This document shows, piece by piece, positions 20,636 to 31,098 of a stretch of 55,189 nt of DNA. A model generated the notes under the pieces. It was not told the DNA's origin, searched no databases, and saw only the letters and a program-made list of their open reading frames with translations. Origin of the DNA: a virus (taxonomy: Duplodnaviria > Caudoviricetes); IMG/VR virus record IMGVR_UViG_3300036859_000189, positions 1-55,189 of that record. One strand, 5' to 3'. The position numbers and the translations under genes were made by a program. Numbering within the stretch: the first letter of the stretch is position 1; each line of letters opens with the position of its first letter.

Positions 20636-20938
20636 ATGGCTGACTTTAGTAAGAAGGTACAGAGCGAGAACGAGCATTTGGGCAATCTTACTTCGGCGAG
20701 GTTTGCCCACGTTCCAGCTTCAACTACGGCTACCGTACGCTCCCAGGCTGGAAGGTTGCTTAGAGTGGTTCTCAACACCAACGGCGGGACGGTCACACTA
20801 AGGAACGGTTCAGAGGTGATAGGGATTATTGCCTCTGACGCTCCTGAGGGAACGTTCAACTACGGGGTTTACTGCAATACCGGCATCATTTGTGAGACCG
20901 GCGCAACATGTGATGTCACGGTAGTATTCGCTCCGTAA
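20636..20938 (+). CDS. Small virion-module protein
   Basis: AGGAGG RBS. Confidence 0.65.
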   Translation: MADFSKKVQSENEHLGNLTSARFAHVPASTTATVRSQAGRLLRVVLNTNGGTVTLRNGSEVIGIIASDAPEGTFNYGVYCNTGIICETGATCDVTVVFAP

Positions 20939-20943
20939 CAGAG

Positions 20944-20991
20944 ATAGACAGCTAGGTTTTCCACAACTTGGCTGTCTATTCTTTGGTTTTT
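20944..20991 (+). terminator. Terminator ending the head operon
   Basis: atagacagctag/ttggctgtctat stem followed by T-rich tail. Confidence 0.6.
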
Positions 20992-21074
20992 AATTAGACA
21001 CTTGCATTATTCCCATGCTATGATTCCGATAACGGCTAGTCTCTTAGATGCACAAGTGTAGAAGTTATCTACAC

Positions 21075-22376
21075 ATGTCTAAAAAAATCTTTATTCTCTC
21101 AAACTTCTCCACCTACCTCCGGTCTTTCTCGCCGATCATCATCGTGGAGAGCCAACTGAATATGTTAAAACGGGCTGGTTACACACCAGTCCTTATTGCT
21201 GCTGATGGTTGGGAACCACCAGAGGATAGTATCTTCGCCGAGGTTGAGACAAAGCTTCTCTCTCCCGTCGCGTATCAAGACCCGCCAATTGTCAACGATC
21301 TGTTCAAAGAGGACGTGAGTTTACTCGTCCAACAGCTAGACGATATTATCCCCGATGGGTCAATAGTCCTCACGCACGATCTGATTTTTTTGCCGGACTA
21401 CACCAAGCACAACATCGCCGCACATAAGTTAGCCGAACAAAAACCGAACATCCGGTGGATCCACTGGGTTCATAGCGCCACTGGTCCGAACTCTCTAATC
21501 CAAGAAAGAGAAATGTACGGTGACGAGTATAAACGGCTTCTCTTGGACAAATTCCCCAATTCGCTGGTAGCTTACCCGAACGCCCAAGACATCCCCCGGG
21601 TAGCACGAAACTTCAGCTATGAAGAGTACGAGGTGGTGGAAGTCCCCCATGCGACCGATCCGGTAGAGGGCATGCATCCTCTGGTTCAAAGACTGTACGA
21701 CGAGTTAAAGCTGGGTGAAAAAGAAGTCGTGATGATCTACCCGATTCGCTTTGACAGGGGGAAGAATCCGCACATGAATATCCGAGTCGTAGCTGGGCTA
21801 GAGGCAATCGGGGTGTCGGCACATCTGATATTTTGCGACTTCCAATCTACGGGCGGGGATAAGGTTGTCTACAAAGAAGAATGTAAAAAACTTGCTGACG
21901 AGCTTGGTGTCCGGTCGAATATTACCTTCCTCTCAGAATTTGACGATCTCGCCCAGCTTGAAGTCTCACACGGTGTAATTCTCGATTTGTTCACTCTGTC
22001 GAATGTCTTTTGTCTGCCAAGTCGGAGCGAAACGTATTCGCTGATCGCGCAAGAGGCGATGCTGAAAGGCAACCTCTGTATTCTTAACTATGACTTCCCA
22101 GCCTTTCGACAAATCTACGGAGACAAGGCGTTGTACCGACAGTTCGATGGCGCAGAGATAGGCATGGATGGATTCGACGGCAAGATCGAAACATCTCACT
22201 CGAATATCGATTCATACTTCCGTGAAAGATTCGCTATCCCGATCAAAGCGTGGTTGATGCAGGACAAAGTTCTACATGGCAAAACGTGGGTGCGTACAAA
22301 GCGTAACCCTGACTATGTATTTCGTGAGTTTATCGAACCGTTAATTATGAGCGAGGATGAGAATGCCGAAATTTAG
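21075..22376 (+). CDS. GT-B glycosyltransferase (GT4-like)
   Basis: FCLPSRSETYSLIAQEAM (E-X7-E motif). Confidence 0.8.
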   Translation: MSKKIFILSNFSTYLRSFSPIIIVESQLNMLKRAGYTPVLIAADGWEPPEDSIFAEVETKLLSPVAYQDPPIVNDLFKEDVSLLVQQLDDIIPDGSIVLTHDLIFLPDYTKHNIAAHKLAEQKPNIRWIHWVHSATGPNSLIQEREMYGDEYKRLLLDKFPNSLVAYPNAQDIPRVARNFSYEEYEVVEVPHATDPVEGMHPLVQRLYDELKLGEKEVVMIYPIRFDRGKNPHMNIRVVAGLEAIGVSAHLIFCDFQSTGGDKVVYKEECKKLADELGVRSNITFLSEFDDLAQLEVSHGVILDLFTLSNVFCLPSRSETYSLIAQEAMLKGNLCILNYDFPAFRQIYGDKALYRQFDGAEIGMDGFDGKIETSHSNIDSYFRERFAIPIKAWLMQDKVLHGKTWVRTKRNPDYVFREFIEPLIMSEDENAEI

Positions 22377-23199
22377 TGTTGTCCTGCCTGTCTACTCGGC
22401 TAAAGACCCCAATGTTATCAATGCCGAACACCGGCATTATCGGGGGAAGCAGGTGCAAAGGGCGATTAAATCTGTCATTAATCAGCAGTTCCCCGACTGG
22501 GAGTTGATTATTGTTGACGACGGTTGCACCGATGAAACCCCAGAGATTTTAGATAAGTTTGTTCAAGCCGATCCCCGTATACGAGTTGTGCATCAGGTAA
22601 ACCAAAACCGTGCGGTTGCGCGGAATCGCGGTATGGATGAGGCGACCGGCGAATGGATTTGCTGGTTGGACTCGGACGATGAGTACAGTACCCACTATCT
22701 CCGCGAGCTTCATCAGGCAACCTTGGACTTCCCGGACTATCAGATATTTAACTTCGGCAGTATCATCCATTTTCCCGACCATCACACAGCAATCAGAAGT
22801 GTCTTCACGCCTAGTATTGAAGAAGACGGTCACGAATACTTTAAGAGTGGGCATATCGGATGTGGGAGTTTTGTCTTCAAGCGCGACCTATGGAAGAGCA
22901 GTGACACGTACAGAATCCCCGACGAGGTAAATCCGTATCAATTCGCAGCGACTTCAAAGTTCGACATGCGTTATCCCGACGATCAGCCAGACATCGAAAA
23001 CCCTGCTGGCGCGTTCACTGACGGAGTCTATCGCCACGGTCTTAGTTTGGGCAACCCCTGGGGAGACGACTTTCTCCAGTTCTACAAACTGACAAGACAC
23101 AACCGTAGCAAACCTCTGGATGTGCTTTTGTACATTCAGTATCCCCGCGCCCATGAAGAAATATACGAGCACTTTGGGGAGATTTATGAAGCCAATTGA
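22363..23199 (+). CDS. GT2 glycosyltransferase
   Basis: SVVLPVY, ELIIVDDGCTD, ARNRG, WLDSDD. Confidence 0.9.
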   Translation: MPKFSVVLPVYSAKDPNVINAEHRHYRGKQVQRAIKSVINQQFPDWELIIVDDGCTDETPEILDKFVQADPRIRVVHQVNQNRAVARNRGMDEATGEWICWLDSDDEYSTHYLRELHQATLDFPDYQIFNFGSIIHFPDHHTAIRSVFTPSIEEDGHEYFKSGHIGCGSFVFKRDLWKSSDTYRIPDEVNPYQFAATSKFDMRYPDDQPDIENPAGAFTDGVYRHGLSLGNPWGDDFLQFYKLTRHNRSKPLDVLLYIQYPRAHEEIYEHFGEIYEAN

Positions 23200-23977
23200 T
23201 TTGCATCTGGTGAGCTGGAACCGGCCAAAGATGACCGAGTTAGTTATCAAAACCATCCACCGAAATACCAAGCGAGACAACTTCCGGTTGGTTGTGCTTG
23301 ATAATGGCTCAAGTCCCGAGCAACAGGCTATGTTATTCAATCTGCACGAGCGGGGATTGATTGACGAGCTAGCCCTGTTATCCAGAAACTTCGGATTGGA
23401 GGCTGCTCGGCAGAAGATGCTATTAGAGTCAACCCGCAGCGATTACTTCGTTTGCGTGGACAACGATTGCTTGCCTCCACCTATCTCTAAGAAAACCGAT
23501 TGGCTGGAAAAGCTTGTCGATCTCGTGAAGCAATACGATGACTTTGCGGCCATTTCCTGTCGCACTCAAGTAATGATTGGTACGGGCAATATATTTGAAG
23601 AAGCTGACCAAGCAGGTGATGACATCGTCGAGTTCCCTCACCCTGGCGGCAGCTTGCGCATTATGAGAACTGATGCCGTGAAACAAGTCGGAGGCTGGGA
23701 CAGAGAAGCGCGTGGACGCGGTGGTGAGGAGCGATATATCTGCGGAAAATTAAACGACGTTGGTTATCGGACGGCTTTCGCGACGAAGATTAAGTGCTTG
23801 CATTTGTTCGGCACAAGAGGCTCGAATGGAACCGACCCTTGGGGGTACACTCAGGATATGCGGCCTGAAGGATCAGGGCATAACGATATTTCCCATCCGG
23901 CACTGACGCAAGGAGATAACGAGAAGGACGTGATTCGATTCGCAGGTGACTATCTAGCAGGGAGATACTTCGGATGA
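23186..23977 (+). CDS. GT2-like glycosyltransferase
   Basis: SWNRP, VVLDNGS, VCVDND, VGGWD. Confidence 0.82.
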   Translation: MKPIDLHLVSWNRPKMTELVIKTIHRNTKRDNFRLVVLDNGSSPEQQAMLFNLHERGLIDELALLSRNFGLEAARQKMLLESTRSDYFVCVDNDCLPPPISKKTDWLEKLVDLVKQYDDFAAISCRTQVMIGTGNIFEEADQAGDDIVEFPHPGGSLRIMRTDAVKQVGGWDREARGRGGEERYICGKLNDVGYRTAFATKIKCLHLFGTRGSNGTDPWGYTQDMRPEGSGHNDISHPALTQGDNEKDVIRFAGDYLAGRYFG

Positions 23978-24621
23978 TTACAGTAATAATCAAGGATTCG
24001 GGCGAGCCTAGAGTCGTCCAGCTCACATATGAAAATATCTGGAAAGAGATCAAAGACATCCCAAAGTCCGAAATCATCGTGTCAGAGGACTGGTTTGCGC
24101 CGCTCAAGGATATTAAAAATACTTTCGTGTGTCTTGTGGAACCAGATTGCCTAGTCAACTCCGGTTACTTCACCTCTATGCTCGGGTTGATCGAACAAAA
24201 CCCTCGCTTTCGCAAGATGTCTATGCTCAGTTCATCGGTTGCAGTCACGCATTGGGTGAACAGATTTTATGGGTACAGTCTCAATAACGGGTACACCGAC
24301 GCGGTTGTGCCAAACCGAGAGAAGAAGTCACGCGGGCTTTATCCGATCCAGATCGGGTATGTGCCTGGCGCGATTGTCCGGATGGCGATGCTCAAGAAAT
24401 TTATTAAAGACCTTAACAGAAACCCCGGATGGCAAGATGATCTTGTGACGTTCTCTACCCGGTTGTCGCTTGAGTTCTGGCAGCAAGGTGATGGCAATCC
24501 TGTTTTTGTTAATCCAAACACAACTTACGTAACAACTGAGGACTATGTCAACAACATCACCAATATTGACCTCAACGTTGGTGAACTGCCAGAGGTATTT
24601 AGAAGGGAGATTATCTCATGA
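23974..24621 (+). CDS. Possible degenerate GT-A fold protein
   Basis: ITVII start, VCLVEPD, PGAIVR; cluster context. Confidence 0.4.
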   Translation: MITVIIKDSGEPRVVQLTYENIWKEIKDIPKSEIIVSEDWFAPLKDIKNTFVCLVEPDCLVNSGYFTSMLGLIEQNPRFRKMSMLSSSVAVTHWVNRFYGYSLNNGYTDAVVPNREKKSRGLYPIQIGYVPGAIVRMAMLKKFIKDLNRNPGWQDDLVTFSTRLSLEFWQQGDGNPVFVNPNTTYVTTEDYVNNITNIDLNVGELPEVFRREIIS

Positions 24622-24836
24622 GCGGAACGTGGCCTCACCAGTTCACTAAAAACGGCAAAGAGTACCAGATCGGTGAACAACCTTATCTGGATGAGTTGAC
24701 CCGCAAAGTTATGGCACAACCGATGATTTGCGTGCATTGTCACAAGGAGTACGTCCAGGGAGTTGACCCTAGACCGCTAGACCCTTGCCCAGCGCGAAGT
24801 GATAAGAGAGAAAAGAAGAGGATACTCAATACATGA
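24618..24836 (+). CDS. Small Cys-containing protein
   Basis: CVHC...CP; coupled overlaps. Confidence 0.55.
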   Translation: MSGTWPHQFTKNGKEYQIGEQPYLDELTRKVMAQPMICVHCHKEYVQGVDPRPLDPCPARSDKREKKRILNT

Positions 24837-25504
24837 ACTTTTGGGACAATCTTTTAGGCGACGATGACCATGCCGCAACCTATATGGAAAGCTATGGGGA
24901 GGGGCCAGGGTTTGAGCTGCGTCACCGTATTGGTGCTTTGATTAACGATGGCGAATCCGTGCTTGATGTAGGTTGTGGGCCTGGGTGGAATCTTGACCAC
25001 TTTCAAAGTTTTGGACCAAGCGTTGGCAAATATAGAGGGTTAGACTATTCAGAGAGGTTTGTCAGAGTAGCTAACGAGAGGTGGGTGGGCCGAGAGGCAT
25101 TCTTTGCCACGCACGTCGTAAATTATCAAGGGGAGAAGAATAATAATCTCTCCGATGCTCTTCCTCTGTTCCGTTTGGGCGACGTTCGTAATATCGAGGA
25201 GCCAGATAAGTCGTGGGATGTAGTCATTCTCCAAGACGTGCTTGAACACACTAATGGCTACAAACAGCCCATTCAAGAGGCGTTGCGAGTAGCCAAGAAG
25301 CGAGTCATTATTACTTTTTGGCACCTTGCCGACAGTGATTCTCCCCATATAAACGACGACGGTGACGACGGCTGGGGGGCTTGGTACGACAAACGTGAAT
25401 GGGAAAAGCACCTCGACTCTTTGGGGATTCATTGGCTGTTGGATGAAGCTGAGATCGGCAATCGAATCCGGCACATCTATGTACTTGATAAGGAGATCGA
25501 GTGA
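24833..25504 (+). CDS. Class I SAM methyltransferase
   Basis: VLDVGCGPG, GLDYS, DVLEH. Confidence 0.88.
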   Translation: MNFWDNLLGDDDHAATYMESYGEGPGFELRHRIGALINDGESVLDVGCGPGWNLDHFQSFGPSVGKYRGLDYSERFVRVANERWVGREAFFATHVVNYQGEKNNNLSDALPLFRLGDVRNIEEPDKSWDVVILQDVLEHTNGYKQPIQEALRVAKKRVIITFWHLADSDSPHINDDGDDGWGAWYDKREWEKHLDSLGIHWLLDEAEIGNRIRHIYVLDKEIE

Positions 25505-26202
25505 AAGATTTAATTATCGGTTTTGGTCAAATCGGCAAAGCAGTGCAAGAAGCTATTTGCTTTGATCAAGCAAAGACGTTAGATAGCACGGCGAAAGATA
25601 TTATGCCTGGGGTCAACGTTATGCATGTCTGTTTCCCATACTCAGACGATTTCATTTCACAAGTTACAGACTACATTAAGAGATTTCAGCCAGAGCACAT
25701 CGTCATATACTCAACCGTGCCGATTGGAACGTGCGGTGAGATAGACAGTCGTGTTGTACACTCACCAATCGAAGGTAACCATCCCAATCTGGATCTTAGC
25801 ATTCGCCACGCCAGGCGGTGGGTTGGCTACAACAACGAAGAAGAGGGTAGATTTTTCAAAACATACTATGCGAACAAAGGGTTAAGCTCGAAGCTTGTGC
25901 CGAGTACACATTTTACCGAAGCGCTGAAACTCCTCAGCACAACAGAATACGGTCTGAATATCGAGTTTGCCAGATACAAGAAGCACATAGCCGATGAACT
26001 TGGTATGACTTTCGACCTAACGAAGGAATGGAATCTGGACTACAACAAACTCTACAAGAATCTCGGGCTAGGGGACAGGTACCAAAAGTTCATTCTTGAT
26101 GCGCCCGAAGGGAGCAAGGGCGGGCACTGCGTCACGCCAAACGCCAGGCTGTTGTTTGAGCAGTATCCGGCTGAAATCTTACGAGAGGTTGCCGAGTTAT
26201 GA
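25501..26202 (+). CDS. Compact NDP-sugar (UDP-Glc/GDP-Man type) 6-dehydrogenase
   Basis: IIGFGQIG, STVPIGT, EALKL, GGHC catalytic Cys; lacks the C-terminal domain. Confidence 0.75.
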   Translation: MKDLIIGFGQIGKAVQEAICFDQAKTLDSTAKDIMPGVNVMHVCFPYSDDFISQVTDYIKRFQPEHIVIYSTVPIGTCGEIDSRVVHSPIEGNHPNLDLSIRHARRWVGYNNEEEGRFFKTYYANKGLSSKLVPSTHFTEALKLLSTTEYGLNIEFARYKKHIADELGMTFDLTKEWNLDYNKLYKNLGLGDRYQKFILDAPEGSKGGHCVTPNARLLFEQYPAEILREVAEL

Positions 26203-26774
26203 TTGTCTTCGACTCTGATGATTTTGGATGTGACCACGTTATTTCTGACATGTGCCAAAGCCATGATTGCCGCGATATTCTCCTAGAACTTAAGAATGCT
26301 AATCCAGCTTTTAAGGCTACCTTGTTTGCGATACCGGGAGAAATGACACCCGAACTAATCCTGTGGGCGGTTGCTAATAGGTCATGGATAGAACTTGCTG
26401 TACACGGTATTTTTCACAGGAGCAACTACGAGTGTGCAGGATTAACTGCTGAACAATTTAAGCAAGATATGGCGTTTGTAGAAGATGCTGGATTCATTAG
26501 GTTTTTCGCTAAAGGTTTCAAGGCACCAGGATGGCAGATAAGCGACGGCGTTTATCAGTGGCTTAAAAATAACGGCTGGTGGGTAGCCGACCAAGCCTAC
26601 AACGATGAACGCCGTCCGACAGACTTGCCTGTCTACAAGATTGGCGAGAATTCTATCCACACGCATACTTGGAATTGTGTCGGCAATGGGGTTTACGAGT
26701 TATACGATCAGCTTGTAGAGCAGGTAAAAGATGAGACTGATTTTAAGTTTGTTAGCGAGGTTGTGAATGCGTAA
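26199..26774 (+). CDS. Polysaccharide deacetylase-like (NodB fold)
   Basis: DSDD, HGIFH, FKAPGW, HTH residues. Confidence 0.7.
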   Translation: MIVFDSDDFGCDHVISDMCQSHDCRDILLELKNANPAFKATLFAIPGEMTPELILWAVANRSWIELAVHGIFHRSNYECAGLTAEQFKQDMAFVEDAGFIRFFAKGFKAPGWQISDGVYQWLKNNGWWVADQAYNDERRPTDLPVYKIGENSIHTHTWNCVGNGVYELYDQLVEQVKDETDFKFVSEVVNA

Positions 26775-27399
26775 CGATTGGTGGCACCAAGAATTCGCCA
26801 AAGGCTCTCCGGCCGCTCAGATGGGTGGCCCAGAAGGGCGGCAAGGCGTGGATCATGCGACCCATGAATGGTTTACCAAACACGTCCCAGAAGGCAGCTC
26901 TGTGCTGGACGTTGGCTGTTGCAACGCACACACCCTTGAGTCGTTCAAGAAAGCCGGCAAGAAGATTACTTACCACGGCGTTGACCAGCTCGACGGACTG
27001 GTCGCATATTGTTTGAGTACTTATCCCGATGCTGCTTTTTCACAGTCTGATGCCTCAGACTTACAGCAGTTTCAAGACAACTCGTTTGACTACGTTCTCT
27101 CCCGTCACGTAGCTGAGCACTTGAATCACTATTCTCAGCACTTTATGGAGATGTGGCGCGTAGCTAAAAAAGAAGTTGTGATTGTCGGGTTCCTAGAGTT
27201 CACGGGAACCGACTTTGACAGGTTGCAATATGGCGTCAAAGAGAATGGCAAACTTCTGGCCCATTGGTACAACCAGTACAGCCGCGCAGGAATAGAACGG
27301 TTCATCGCTTATAACATGCCGACGGCAAGCGTTGAGATCGTCGAGGACTACGAAGAAACCGGACACCCGATAATCATCATCAGAAAGGAACAGCCGTGA
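26767..27399 (+). CDS. Class I SAM methyltransferase
   Basis: VLDVGCC, FQDNSFDYV, HVAEH. Confidence 0.85.
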   Translation: MRNDWWHQEFAKGSPAAQMGGPEGRQGVDHATHEWFTKHVPEGSSVLDVGCCNAHTLESFKKAGKKITYHGVDQLDGLVAYCLSTYPDAAFSQSDASDLQQFQDNSFDYVLSRHVAEHLNHYSQHFMEMWRVAKKEVVIVGFLEFTGTDFDRLQYGVKENGKLLAHWYNQYSRAGIERFIAYNMPTASVEIVEDYEETGHPIIIIRKEQP

Positions 27400-28229
27400 G
27401 TTACAGCGTAGTCATACCAAGCCTTGCCAACGAGAAGACAAAGCCCTATCTAGAGCTTTGCGTTAAAAGCCTTCGAGAGAGCGGGTTCGATGGTCAGATC
27501 ATCGTAGTAACGAACGGTACTACTGCGCCGATCCCGTTACCGGAAATTGCCAACATGTGCGTGCGACTGCACACCCGCGATCAGGGACAATGCAACGCGG
27601 TCAATATCGGAGCGCAGATTGCAACAGGTGACTACCTGATGATTAGTAACGATGATATGTACTTCGCGCCTTACTGGGGTAATTATTTACGATTCGATGA
27701 TCCAGTATTTTCCCCGAATCTGGTAGAACCTACTGACAATGCCGGTTCCGCCCGGCCGTTTATGAAGCTCGATGGCGGGTTCACTATAGAAGCATTTGAT
27801 AAGGGTAAGGTTGACGAGTTCGTTGAGGAGTGGGGGTATAAGTTTAGCGGACGGGCTACGCCGATACGGGAAGAGCCAGGCTTTAACCTACCCTTTTTTA
27901 TAAAGAGAGACCTCTGGAATCTTCTAGGGGGGTACGATACCGCCTACGATCCCTGGGGGAGCAACAGTGACACCGATCTACAGACGCGTATAAACCTCGC
28001 GGGCGTTATACCGATGCGCCTTAGAGATGTTCTGGTCTATCACTTCTCAAATAAGTCTGGAACTTTTGACGGTACGCACCAGGACTTTTACCAGAACAAT
28101 CTCGAATACTTCAAAGATAAGTTCGGCTTTGACCGCGACGAACTAGGCTCGGATGTTTGGTACAACAAAGACATGATCCCAACTGATGAAAGCAAGATCA
28201 AATACCAGCATGAGAAGTACAATGGTTGA
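27396..28229 (+). CDS. GT2 glycosyltransferase
   Basis: SVVIPS, AVNIGA, ISNDD, LGGYD, VYH. Confidence 0.85.
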   Translation: MSYSVVIPSLANEKTKPYLELCVKSLRESGFDGQIIVVTNGTTAPIPLPEIANMCVRLHTRDQGQCNAVNIGAQIATGDYLMISNDDMYFAPYWGNYLRFDDPVFSPNLVEPTDNAGSARPFMKLDGGFTIEAFDKGKVDEFVEEWGYKFSGRATPIREEPGFNLPFFIKRDLWNLLGGYDTAYDPWGSNSDTDLQTRINLAGVIPMRLRDVLVYHFSNKSGTFDGTHQDFYQNNLEYFKDKFGFDRDELGSDVWYNKDMIPTDESKIKYQHEKYNG

Positions 28230-28719
28230 CCTTGAAGCATTAGATTTAAAAGCCAACCCTGGGGCATTCTCTACATTTGACATGGCCGTGCTGGTTCCAG
28301 AGGTAGAGAAACTAAAGTCAGGCCAACTATATCTAGAGATCGGGGTTGATAAAGGCAAGTCACTTTCAGTTGCCCGAATGGTCGCTAAGAAGGGGGTGAG
28401 AGTTTACGGCGTTGATCTGCGTGATAACCCACAAGTCCCGGATACCGTATTCATTCACGGCGACAGCACGAAGGTTGCATTTGCCGGCGAGATAGATGTT
28501 CTTTTTATCGACGGTGACCACTCTTATGAAGGTTGCAAAGCAGACATAGACGCTTGGTACCCAAATATGGCCGAGGGCGGCGTGATGCTCTTCCATGATT
28601 GCGATGAGTCGTCACCCGGGGTTGTCAAGGCGGTTAAAGAATTTGTGGAGAAATACGATCTTAAAGACGTTTACTATGATCCCAATCAACGTTGCAGCAT
28701 GGCGAGGATACGCCTGTGA
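28222..28719 (+). CDS. O-methyltransferase (Methyltransf_24-like)
   Basis: LEIGVDKGKS, LFIDGDHSYEG, GGVMLFHD. Confidence 0.85.
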   Translation: MVDLEALDLKANPGAFSTFDMAVLVPEVEKLKSGQLYLEIGVDKGKSLSVARMVAKKGVRVYGVDLRDNPQVPDTVFIHGDSTKVAFAGEIDVLFIDGDHSYEGCKADIDAWYPNMAEGGVMLFHDCDESSPGVVKAVKEFVEKYDLKDVYYDPNQRCSMARIRL

Positions 28720-29387
28720 AGGGCTTAACTTCGGTTATAGTCGTGGGGTACCATAAGACGGCCATATCAGCACACATGACGATGGCGTGTCTTGCGAACC
28801 TCACTAAATACACCGACACCGACGACTACGAATTGATCCTGATCGAAGACGTACCAGAGTTTAAAGTCCGTGATGACTACCATGTTCTGAAGATTGACAG
28901 ACACATCACCTTGGATGAATACACCAACTATTCAACGAAGATGAACCTCGCTGCTAAAGAGGCAAAAGGTGATGTTTTGTGCTTTGTGCAGAACGATGTT
29001 TTCGTGTGGGAGGGCTGGCTCGAAGGTTTGCGTTACTATCTAGATAATGGTCTAGGTGACGCTATTATCCCCGCGCAATTCCCCTGTACTCGTCAGCAAA
29101 TACTCGAATCCTATCAGACATCTATGGAAGAAGGACTCAACAAAGGCGCTCGGGATGCGTGCATGATTATGATTACACGGGATGCGTTTGACCGGACGGG
29201 GGGATTTGACGACAACCTACAAGCGTTTGTGGAGGCGGACTTTTACCAGCGCATGAGCGATAACGGCGTGAACCAGATCACAACTAACAAGGTCCAGGTT
29301 ACGCATCTTACGCTCGGCACGCACTACCAGGACATGAAAGCGTTTGACGAGAAAGTAGACCACGACTCAAGGATCAGGAACACATGA
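28716..29387 (+). CDS. GT2-like glycosyltransferase
   Basis: SVIVV, ELILIED, FVQND, TGGFD, EADF. Confidence 0.8.
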   Translation: MKGLTSVIVVGYHKTAISAHMTMACLANLTKYTDTDDYELILIEDVPEFKVRDDYHVLKIDRHITLDEYTNYSTKMNLAAKEAKGDVLCFVQNDVFVWEGWLEGLRYYLDNGLGDAIIPAQFPCTRQQILESYQTSMEEGLNKGARDACMIMITRDAFDRTGGFDDNLQAFVEADFYQRMSDNGVNQITTNKVQVTHLTLGTHYQDMKAFDEKVDHDSRIRNT

Positions 29388-30205
29388 AAAAGTACGTCTA
29401 TCTAATCACTGGAGGGTCGGGGTCTCTAGGTAAAGGGTTGTTAGAACGCATCAAAGACGCCAAAGAGATACGGATAATGTCCCGTAGCGAGACTGGACAA
29501 ATCCCCCTGAAGGCTAAGTACCCGCACGTTAAATTCATCTTGGGTGACGTTCGTGACCCCCAGGCAGTCAGAGATGCGGTCAGGGGCGTTGATATTGTTA
29601 TCCACGCAGCAGCGTTTAAGTTTCTCGACCTCGCGGAGTCCCAGGTGAGGGAGTGCGTGTTTACGAATGTTCTCGGGTCTCTGAATGTTATCGACGCGGT
29701 GAAGCAGGAACCAAGCGTGAAACTTTGTCTTGGAATCTCCACCGACAAGGTAGTCTACGCCCGAAACGTCTACGGCTGTACCAAGCATATTATGGAGAAG
29801 CTTTTCAAAGAGGCTGACACTCACTCCAAAACTAAATTCGCCTGTGTTCGCTATGGGAATGTGCTCGCTACAACCGGCTCGGTGCTAACTATCTGGGAGC
29901 GCCAGAAAGCCGAGGGGAAGGCTTTGACCATTACAGACAAGCGTATGCGTCGTTTCTTCTTTTCACTTGATGAAGCAATCGACCTTATCTTCTACGCAAT
30001 GAAACACACGAAAGGCGGTGAGGTGTTTGCGATCAAAATGCCTTCACGTTCGATTTACGAGATGGCGCAAGAAATCTCCGACGACATTATCGAAACTGGC
30101 TTGCGTCCTGGAGAGAAAATCTACGAGCATTTGGTAGGTGACTACGAAGGCGAGGAGTTCACTAGCGAAGAAAGTGGTAACAACGAAATCGTGGTATTAA
30201 GATGA
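29384..30205 (+). CDS. UDP-GlcNAc 4,6-dehydratase-like (PseB/CapD family)
   Basis: TGGSGSLG, HAAAFK, STDK, YGCTK, RYGNV, RPGEK. Confidence 0.88.
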   Translation: MKKYVYLITGGSGSLGKGLLERIKDAKEIRIMSRSETGQIPLKAKYPHVKFILGDVRDPQAVRDAVRGVDIVIHAAAFKFLDLAESQVRECVFTNVLGSLNVIDAVKQEPSVKLCLGISTDKVVYARNVYGCTKHIMEKLFKEADTHSKTKFACVRYGNVLATTGSVLTIWERQKAEGKALTITDKRMRRFFFSLDEAIDLIFYAMKHTKGGEVFAIKMPSRSIYEMAQEISDDIIETGLRPGEKIYEHLVGDYEGEEFTSEESGNNEIVVLR

Positions 30206-31098
30206 AGGCAATTATCTTCGGCAGCGAGGGGTTCGTCGGGAAACACTTAGGCGAATATCTCATCAATCAGGGCTGGGAAGCTAAGGGGTTTAATCTCCGT
30301 GGCGGGCAGAACATTCTTGATGCGGAACAAGTCCGCAACGTCCTGGATATTGAACGACCTGATGCGATCTTTCATCTCGCCGCGCAAGCGTACGTCCCTG
30401 AATCTTTTGTTAATCCGAAACGGGCTATCGAGGTTAACGTTCTCGGGTCACTGAACATCTTGGAAGCTGTCCGGCAACTCGGTATAAAACCGAAGATTCA
30501 CCTCGCAGGGACGAGCGAGGAGTACGGCGATTCTCTTTATGGTGATGGAGACACGACCGAAGAAACCCTACCAAACCCGCAGTCTCCGTATGCGATCTCA
30601 AAACTTGCGATGGACCATCTCGGACAGCTTTACGCTAAATCCTATGGACTGCATATTGTTGTTACCCGGGCCTTCAACCACACCGGACCAAGCAGAGGCG
30701 AGATGTACGCTGAGTCCTCATGGGCTAAACAGATTGCGGAGATTGAGTTAGGCAGAAGGGTTGTCTTGGAGCACGGCAATCTTGAGTCAGTGAGAAACTA
30801 CACCGATGTAAGAGACATTGTCCGAGCTTACAGCCTGGCGATTGATCTACCGTCGGGCGTATATAACATCTGCTCTGACCAAAACGTAAGTATGCATGAT
30901 GTGCTCGACACTCTGATCGATCTCTCCCCGAACCCCATCCCGACTAAAACAAACAAGGCGTTATATCGGCCGGCAGATTTTAGCTTTAAGACGCCCTCAT
31001 GCGAGAGGTTTGTAGGTCTGACTAGCTGGAGCCCGGAAATACCGCTGGCTACTACGCTGAAGGATCTCCTGGAATACTGGCGGGGGAGGCTAGCGTGA
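30202..31098 (+). CDS. GDP-sugar SDR (Gmd/Rmd-like dehydratase or reductase)
   Basis: GSEGFVG, HLAAQAYV, SEEYG, PYAISK, RAFNHTGP, GNL..RNYTDVRD. Confidence 0.85.
   Translation: MKAIIFGSEGFVGKHLGEYLINQGWEAKGFNLRGGQNILDAEQVRNVLDIERPDAIFHLAAQAYVPESFVNPKRAIEVNVLGSLNILEAVRQLGIKPKIHLAGTSEEYGDSLYGDGDTTEETLPNPQSPYAISKLAMDHLGQLYAKSYGLHIVVTRAFNHTGPSRGEMYAESSWAKQIAEIELGRRVVLEHGNLESVRNYTDVRDIVRAYSLAIDLPSGVYNICSDQNVSMHDVLDTLIDLSPNPIPTKTNKALYRPADFSFKTPSCERFVGLTSWSPEIPLATTLKDLLEYWRGRLA

Noticed and set aside
24779-24787. Extra AGACCCTTG (and AGACACTTG at 20996)
   Set aside because: No start codon 32-33 nt downstream. The first lies inside a CDS. The second may still be the glycan-cluster promoter but is unsupported.
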